From the NCBI GenBank assembly GCA_023410875.1, contig JAEYPH010000039.1:9919-73918 (forward strand): DNA of 64,000 nucleotides. Direction: 5' to 3'. The position numbers and the translations under genes were made by a program. Below, in pieces: positions 58,508 to 64,000 of this stretch; position 1 is the stretch's first letter, and every line of letters starts with the position of its first letter. The notes under the pieces were generated by a model. That model was not told the DNA's origin and ran no database searches. It was given only the letters and a program-made list of their open reading frames with translations. The stretch comes from Bacillota bacterium. Lineage in GTDB: Bacteria; Bacillota; Clostridia; Christensenellales; UMGS416.

Positions 58508-60685
58508 ATGCTGAATACCGAGAGAGCGGCGATGTCGCCGCTGTACGCCGGGCGCATCCAGCGCCTGCATGAAGACAAGATGGCCATCAACGAGGTCAAG
58601 ATCCGTCTGATCGGCCGCGGAAAGATGGACTTCGACGACTGGGGATTCGTCTATTACCCGGATTTCAAATTCACCGCGCCCAGCGACCGAGAAGATGGCA
58701 TCATCTGCGGATATGTACCCATCGGGCGCACGCTGCGCAAGTTTTTCCAGGAGATTCCCAAGTATGTGAACCCCAACAGCGCGCTGGCCGGCGCGTGGAT
58801 AAGCCCCATCGGCAACTATGTGACCATCCGCATGCCGCCGGAACTGATTCCGCAGGATCTGGTGCCCATCTGGAAGGAATATGACACGCGTCCGGGCTTT
58901 GGGGCCATGAACCACTGCGCGCCGGACATGAACATCGGCCTGCAGCTGGGTTGGGGCGGCCTCCTCCGGAAGATTCGCTACCATCGCGACTTCAACGCGC
59001 CGGCGGACACCGCCTTCTACGACGGCGAGGAGCAGGTCGTGCTGGGCATGCAGGAATGGATCGCCGCGCTGGCGGCCCAGTGCCGGGCCATGGCCGCGGA
59101 CGAGGCCGACGCCGACACCCGCGCCAACCTGTTGGAAATGGCTGAAATGAACGAGTGGCTCGTGGACAACCCGCCGCGCACGCTGCGGGAGGCTTGCCAG
59201 TTCCTGGCCCACTTCCAGACGCTGGACCGCACCTATTTCGTGGGCGGCGCGCTGCAGCAGTTGGACGAATTGCTGCGGCCCTGGTATGAGCGCGATATCG
59301 CCGAAGGCCGCGTGACCGACGAGCAGGCCGTATGGCACCTGGCCAGCCTGTTCTTCAACGACACCCACTATTCGCAGATCGCGGGCCTGACCGCCGACGG
59401 CTCCCGGGACATGACCAGCCGGTTAAGCTTCCTAATTCTGGATGCGCTGCACCTGCTGAAGATCCCTGTGAACATGGCCGTGCGCGTGCACGACGGCGTG
59501 AACCCGGAGCTGCTGCGCCGCAGCCTGGAATACATCCTGGAGGATGGCTCCGGCGTGGACTACTCATGCAATGTAGGCTGTGAGCAGGGCTATGCCGCCA
59601 ACGGCTATCCGCTGGAGCTGGCCCGGCAGCGGGCCAAGGTGGGCTGCAACTGGACCGCCCTGCCCGGCCGCGAATACCCGCTGCAGGACGTGACCCGTGC
59701 CAACCTGGCCTTTGCGCTGACCCACGCGCTGGAGGACGTGCGCGCCAACCCTTCGCTGGAGGCGCTGTTTGAGCGCTTCGCCCATCACACCGGCGTCATC
59801 GTGGACAGCATCAAGGCGGGTTACGACCGCCACTATGAGCTCGTGGGCGTCAACACGCCGGAAATGGTGTACAACCTCTTCATGCACGGCCCGGTGGAGC
59901 GGGGCATCAACTGCTCCCAGGGCGGCGTGGACATCCTGAATTTCAACATCGACGGCGTGGCGCTGGCCACGGTGGCCGATTCCTTGGCCGCCATCCAGCA
60001 GCGCGTTGTGGACGAAGGCCGCCTGAGCTGGGCGCAGCTCTACGAGGCGCTGGACCGCAACTACGAGGGCATGGAGGACGTGCGGCTGATGCTTCGGAAC
60101 ATCCCGCGCTTTGGCAGCCCCAATTCCCTGGCGGAAAGCTGGGCGCTGCGGGTGCGCGATTGCTTCGTGCACGCGTGCAAGCGCAGTGGCACGCCCAAGT
60201 ACAATCTGCCCATCCTGCCGGGGATGTTCTCCCATGGCACGATAATGGAGCTGGGCTCCAACCTTGGCGCCACGCCCAACGGCCGGCGCTCCGGCGAGGC
60301 CATCAGCCACTCCAACGAGCCCGACCCGGGCTTTGCCCGGGGGCTGGATACGTTCTCGCCGTCGCTCAAGGCCACGGCTGTGGCCAAGGCGCAGCCGGGG
60401 TACGGCAACTCGGCGCCGCTGCACCTGGACATCGACACCGAGATGCTGGCCCACGCCGGCGGCATTGAGGCGCTGATCGCGCTGATACACGCCCACAACC
60501 ACATGGGCGGCACGCTGATCAACCTGAACTGCCTGACCAAGGAGCGCTTGCTCAAGGCCCACGAGAACCCCGACCGCTACCCGGACCTGCTGGTCCGCGT
60601 AACAGGGTATTCGGCGTTTTTCGCGTCGCTGTCCAAGGAGTATAGGCAGCAGATTATAGACAGATTCTTGTCCAAAGCGGGCTGA
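58508..60685 (+). CDS. Glycyl-radical enzyme (PFL-fold), divergent clade of unknown specificity
   Basis: The C-terminal radical motif is LLVRVTGYSAFFASL (Gly codon 60605-60607). Other landmarks are PRTLREACQF and ATPNGRRSGEAISHS. The Cys loop is VGCNWTALPG (Cys codon 59645-59647). ATG 58508 follows AAGGGGGAG by 7 nt. An upstream in-frame ATG at 58478 overlaps the activase stop. Confidence 0.85.
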   Translation: MLNTERAAMSPLYAGRIQRLHEDKMAINEVKIRLIGRGKMDFDDWGFVYYPDFKFTAPSDREDGIICGYVPIGRTLRKFFQEIPKYVNPNSALAGAWISPIGNYVTIRMPPELIPQDLVPIWKEYDTRPGFGAMNHCAPDMNIGLQLGWGGLLRKIRYHRDFNAPADTAFYDGEEQVVLGMQEWIAALAAQCRAMAADEADADTRANLLEMAEMNEWLVDNPPRTLREACQFLAHFQTLDRTYFVGGALQQLDELLRPWYERDIAEGRVTDEQAVWHLASLFFNDTHYSQIAGLTADGSRDMTSRLSFLILDALHLLKIPVNMAVRVHDGVNPELLRRSLEYILEDGSGVDYSCNVGCEQGYAANGYPLELARQRAKVGCNWTALPGREYPLQDVTRANLAFALTHALEDVRANPSLEALFERFAHHTGVIVDSIKAGYDRHYELVGVNTPEMVYNLFMHGPVERGINCSQGGVDILNFNIDGVALATVADSLAAIQQRVVDEGRLSWAQLYEALDRNYEGMEDVRLMLRNIPRFGSPNSLAESWALRVRDCFVHACKRSGTPKYNLPILPGMFSHGTIMELGSNLGATPNGRRSGEAISHSNEPDPGFARGLDTFSPSLKATAVAKAQPGYGNSAPLHLDIDTEMLAHAGGIEALIALIHAHNHMGGTLINLNCLTKERLLKAHENPDRYPDLLVRVTGYSAFFASLSKEYRQQIIDRFLSKAG

Positions 60686-60699
60686 GCAATCATCAAATG

Positions 60700-60733
60700 A
60701 AGACAGCCGGGGCATTTGCTCCGGCTGTTTCTT
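60700..60733. terminator. Hairpin terminator between the convergent GRE and DUF2961 genes
   Basis: The sequence is acagccgg-(10 nt)-ccggctgt followed by TTCTT. Confidence 0.6.
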
Positions 60734-60738
60734 GCACT

Positions 60739-61764
60739 CTATCTCATAGTAAGCTCCGCATCGCCGGGCAAGGGTTTCAGCGGTGCGAAGGGCAGCGTCT
60801 GATACCAGTAGGCCACGGAGGTGTAATCGTCGTATCGCGGCCCGGTCCAGCCCAGATTGTCGATGGTCATGCGGAACCCGGTATTGAAGTGGATGGGGTC
60901 CTGCACGTGCCAACGGTACAGCAGGAAGCGCTGCTGGCCGTTGTATACCTCCCGGTTGCTGCCAAGTATGGCGTACATGCCCACATAATGCCCGCTGTAG
61001 GTCTGGTATTTGTTGAGTATGATGTCGTTGCCGAAACCGTAGGAGCCGCAAAAATAGTCCTCCGTGCCGGTGTAATGGATGGAAGGATACTCGTCGTCAT
61101 CCAGGTACATCCTGGCCTCTCCCTCCACCCAGCAGGTGTTGTTGCCGTTCATGCCCGCAGCCAGGCTGACGCCGACGAACTGCCCCTTGCCGCGGATGCC
61201 GTCTATGATCGTATAGGAGCGTCCCCTGGAGACCGGGTGTTCCTGTCGGTAAGAGGCGTGGAAGTACCCGATGTTGTGCGGCAGGTCGCATTTGCAGCCG
61301 GTAATGATGTAGTAAAGGTCGTGGGCTTCCTGGCCGCGGTTTTCCACGGTGATGCGGCAGTGCCGCAGGAAAGGCATCTCCCAGTAGCAGTTGAGACCCC
61401 GGCCGGGGGCCACCAGCACCATGGCGGAATTCAGAGAAGGATAGTTGCCGTTGACGTCTTTAAAGTTTTCATCATAAGCGCAGCCGAAGAAAGCCGACAG
61501 GGGAGATTCCACCGAAGGGTACTCATTGTCCTCCCAATAAAACCGCAGTATGAAGTTGTGGCCGGTATAGCCGGTAAACCAGATGCTCTGTATCATGCCC
61601 GGTCCGTCGGTATCCACCAAGGTGACCGTTTCTCCCGGATGGATGGTGACCGTGGGGCGTAACTTGGTGCAATCACCGCCGCGGGAACCGCCCGCCCGTT
61701 GGCCCGTGGGGTTCTCCGCGGAAAATGCAAAGGTCTGCGCGTCGGAAATGAGATAGTTCTTCAT
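60739..61764 (-). CDS. DUF2961 family protein (GH172-like), second paralog
   Basis: 341 aa. Motifs are FSAENPTGQRAGGSRGG..TIHPGETVTLVDTDGPGMIQSIWFT, WVEGEARMYLDDDEYPSIHYTGTEDYF and VAYWYQ. Confidence 0.75.
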   Translation of the reverse strand: MKNYLISDAQTFAFSAENPTGQRAGGSRGGDCTKLRPTVTIHPGETVTLVDTDGPGMIQSIWFTGYTGHNFILRFYWEDNEYPSVESPLSAFFGCAYDENFKDVNGNYPSLNSAMVLVAPGRGLNCYWEMPFLRHCRITVENRGQEAHDLYYIITGCKCDLPHNIGYFHASYRQEHPVSRGRSYTIIDGIRGKGQFVGVSLAAGMNGNNTCWVEGEARMYLDDDEYPSIHYTGTEDYFCGSYGFGNDIILNKYQTYSGHYVGMYAILGSNREVYNGQQRFLLYRWHVQDPIHFNTGFRMTIDNLGWTGPRYDDYTSVAYWYQTLPFAPLKPLPGDAELTMR

Positions 61765-62047
61765 TGTCGGTATCCTGACTCCCCGTAAAAGTGTACTACC
61801 AATTATAGTCTGTTTTGGCGTGCTATGCCACAGTCTCCCACAGTACTATCAGACATGCCGGAGGGTTTTGGTTTTCCACGGTCGTCCGCTGTCATATGCT
61901 AACAACGAAAGGATGTGTCTTTCGTTGGCGGTATGCAAAGTGATCGTGACCAACCTCTACAAGAGCGACGACGAGGCACTCAGGAAGAAGAACTTCACCC
62001 TGCTGCTGGCAAAATACATCACAGCCCAGAGCCAAAAAGCCTGAGGC

Positions 62048-63604
62048 ATGGCCATGCGGGTGGGGATCTACTGCCGATTAAGCGACGAGGACCACGACAA
62101 GCTGAACCCCGCCGCCGACAGCGAGAGCATACAGAACCAGAAGAGCATGCTGGCGCGCCACGCCGTGGAGCAGGGGTGGGACATCTGTGATATCTATTGC
62201 GACGAAGACTATGCCGGCAGCGACCGGGAGCGCCCGGCCTTCAACCGCCTGCTCTGCGACGCCCAGCGGGGCCGGCTGGACATTGTGCTGTGCAAAACCC
62301 AGTCGCGCTTCTCCCGCGAGCTGGAGATCGTGGAGAAATATGTCCACGGTCTGTTCCCCGAATGGGGCGTGCGCTTCATCGGCCTGGTGGACAACGCCGA
62401 CACGGCGGTAAAGGGCAACAAAAAGAGCCGCCAGATCAACGGCCTGATCAACGAGTGGTATCTGGAAGACCTTTCGGACAACATCCGCGCCGTGCTGGAC
62501 AACAAGCGCTTGAAAGGCCAGTACATCGGCGCCTTCGCGCCTTACGGATACCGCAAGGCCGACGACGACCGCAACCGTCTGGTCATCGACCCGCCGGCGG
62601 CGCAGGTCGTGCGGCGCATATACCAGATGTATTTGCAGGGCACGGGGCTGTGCCGGATCGCGCAGACATTGACACAGGACGGCGTACCCAACCCCACTGC
62701 TTACAAGCGCCGGCTGGGGTTCAATGTGGGCGGCGGCCAACTCTGCCAACGCGGCGACGCGTGGACCACGGCCACGGTGCTGCGCATGCTGCGCAACCCG
62801 GTGTATTTGGGTACGCTGGCCCAGGGCAAGCAACGCAAGGTCAGCTACAAGAGCAAACGCCGCAAGACCGTGGCCAAAGAGCACTGGTTCGTCGTGGAGA
62901 ACGCCCACGAGGCCATCATCGAACGGGACACCTGGCAGGCCGTGGAGGCGGCGCTGGACCGCAATCACCGGCCTCAGAAGAGCGGAGAGGTGCACCCTCT
63001 GGCGGGCAAGGTGTTCTGCGGCGGGTGCGGCCGGGCGCTGCACGCCTACACCGTGCGGGGCAGGCGCTATTGCCGCTGCCCCGGCGCGCTGAAGGGCGGG
63101 CCGTGCGCCGGCGCCAGCATCCCCTTGCATGCGCTGGAGGAACGGCTGCTGGGCGAGCTCAACGCTGTGGCCGGGGAACTCTTCGACGAAGCCATGCTGT
63201 CGGACACCGTGACGCCGGGCGACACACAGGAGCGTCAACGCCAGGCGCTGGCCGGTGAGCTGGCCCAGCTGGACGCCAAGCTTTCGCAGTTGGAGCGGGC
63301 ACAGTATTCCCTCTATCTGGACAAGGCCAAGGGTATCCTCGCCGAAGAACTCTTCCTGCAGCTAAGCCAGAGGATGGGCAATGAGCGGCAGGCTCTGCTG
63401 GAACACCGGGGAGCCGTGGGGCGCAGCCTGAAAGCCTTGGATGAACAGATGCGCCAGGGTTCCGGCAAAGCGGATCTTATTGGGCGATACCGGCGGTTCG
63501 GCGCGCTGACCCGGGAGCTGGCGCTGCAGTTCGTACAGCGTGTGGAGGTGTTCCACCGCGACCGGGCGGGGAGCACGCCGGTACGTATCCATTGGTCATT
63601 TTGA
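62048..63604 (+). CDS. Large serine recombinase (resolvase domain + recombinase domain + zinc ribbon + coiled coil)
   Basis: 518 aa. The N-terminus VGIYCRLSDED contains the catalytic Ser context. Other landmarks are INEWYLEDLSDNIR and Zn-ribbon CGGCGRALHAY...YCRCPG. The tail is conserved with the remnant at 21694..22152. Confidence 0.9.
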   Translation: MAMRVGIYCRLSDEDHDKLNPAADSESIQNQKSMLARHAVEQGWDICDIYCDEDYAGSDRERPAFNRLLCDAQRGRLDIVLCKTQSRFSRELEIVEKYVHGLFPEWGVRFIGLVDNADTAVKGNKKSRQINGLINEWYLEDLSDNIRAVLDNKRLKGQYIGAFAPYGYRKADDDRNRLVIDPPAAQVVRRIYQMYLQGTGLCRIAQTLTQDGVPNPTAYKRRLGFNVGGGQLCQRGDAWTTATVLRMLRNPVYLGTLAQGKQRKVSYKSKRRKTVAKEHWFVVENAHEAIIERDTWQAVEAALDRNHRPQKSGEVHPLAGKVFCGGCGRALHAYTVRGRRYCRCPGALKGGPCAGASIPLHALEERLLGELNAVAGELFDEAMLSDTVTPGDTQERQRQALAGELAQLDAKLSQLERAQYSLYLDKAKGILAEELFLQLSQRMGNERQALLEHRGAVGRSLKALDEQMRQGSGKADLIGRYRRFGALTRELALQFVQRVEVFHRDRAGSTPVRIHWSF

Positions 63605-63765
63605 TTCGTGTTTGCGGCACTGCAGCGGATGCGGCAACGACAACAACGATTGCTGATACATCCCGTCCGACCGCAAGGAAGCCGGCCACGGCTTCCTTGC
63701 ACTATCGCCGACGAGGCCGCGGCATAGCGTCGGCGAACTCGGACGATTTCCCCGGCTCATGGTTC

Positions 63766-63795
63766 ATCGCCCGGCGACCACTGTCGCCGGGCGAT
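63766..63795 (+). terminator. 13-bp-stem hairpin downstream of the recombinase gene
   Basis: The sequence is atcgcccggcgac-cact-gtcgccgggcgat. No clean T-tract follows. Confidence 0.4.
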
Positions 63796-63835
63796 GCCCT
63801 TTCGTCATATTCACAATGTATGCCGGAAAGCTAGA

Positions 63836-63992
63836 GGGGAGATTCTTCGCTGCGCTCAGAATGACAGCGCAAAGTGCAGAGCGCTCCACATTCTGTCATT
63901 CTGAGGGAACGCAGTGACCGAAGAATCCCCCGAGAGCACCGTCGTTCCTGGGATATCCCTCGCGGAGTTTATCCTGAGCGAAGCCGAGAAAC
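63836..63992. repeat. REP-like inverted-repeat units (motif GTCATTCTGAG.G.A.GC..CGAAGAATC)
   Basis: The 63841-63867 unit (reverse complement ctgtcattctgagcgcagcgaagaatc) faces 63893-63927 (ctgtcattctgagggaacgcagtgaccgaagaatc). A third, weaker unit lies at about 63966-63992 (tcctgagcgaagccgagaaa). Confidence 0.5.
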
Positions 63993-64000
63993 TGGCAATG

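Noticed and set aside
61820-62044. 74-aa ORF upstream of the serine recombinase, considered as an independent small gene (for example an excisionase or RDF).
   Set aside because: Only the last about 35 codons are GC-rich and protein-like. The first half is AT-rich with no RBS. It is more likely a severed 3' gene end at an integration junction. It is mentioned in the recombinase finding and not annotated.
1-64000. Search for defence systems, toxin-antitoxin pairs, rRNA/tRNA genes, riboswitch-like leaders and secondary-metabolite genes.
   Set aside because: I found no nuclease, methylase, ATPase, reverse-transcriptase or Cas-like motifs, no cloverleaf-like or rRNA-like segments, and no convincing conserved riboswitch cores. 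Apart from the mobile-element debris, the window is carbohydrate metabolism.

Overview
The window looks like a high-GC Gram-positive anaerobe (Clostridia-like). Support for this is GGAGG ribosome-binding sites, lipoprotein-type solute-binding proteins, YesM/YesN-type two-component systems and a glycyl-radical enzyme. Almost all of it is a carbohydrate-utilisation supercluster.

Gene content:
- Five CUT1-type ABC importers, giving 5 binding proteins and 10 permeases. No ATPase gene is present.
- Two YesN/YesM-like two-component systems, plus LacI-type and AraR-like (GntR-HTH + sugar-binding) regulators.
- Glycosidases or GH-like proteins: GH78-like, GH38, a GH38-like DUF5054, two DUF2961/GH172 and a DUF5107 fragment.
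- Two paralogous 'class II aldolase <> FGGY kinase' rare-sugar or polyol modules.
- A VanW-family protein.

Most interesting region (about 47.0-61.8 kb): a self-contained locus of ABC importer, AraR-like regulator, GH38 alpha-mannosidase, two Gfo/Idh/MocA oxidoreductases, a glycyl-radical activase, a short divergent glycyl-radical enzyme whose Cys loop reads G-C-N-W, and a DUF2961 protein. The promoters share a TTTACATGTAA palindrome.

Other notable signals:
- A dispersed family of about 45-bp degenerate tandem repeats, each array headed by the palindrome GTGTTA-A-TAACAC. They sit in AT-richer islands exactly at gene-remnant junctions (LytTR, histidine-kinase and serine-recombinase fragments) and bracket a 9.6-kb sugar module.
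- A 939-aa histidine kinase with a duplicated sensor module.
- A duplicated 5' leader plus signal peptide on two binding-protein genes.
- A permease gene with no canonical start codon (probable ATT start).
- An intact large serine recombinase, followed by REP-like inverted repeats at the right edge.

I saw no rRNA, tRNA, CRISPR or recognisable defence genes. All family assignments rest on motif recognition by eye and were not checked by database search.
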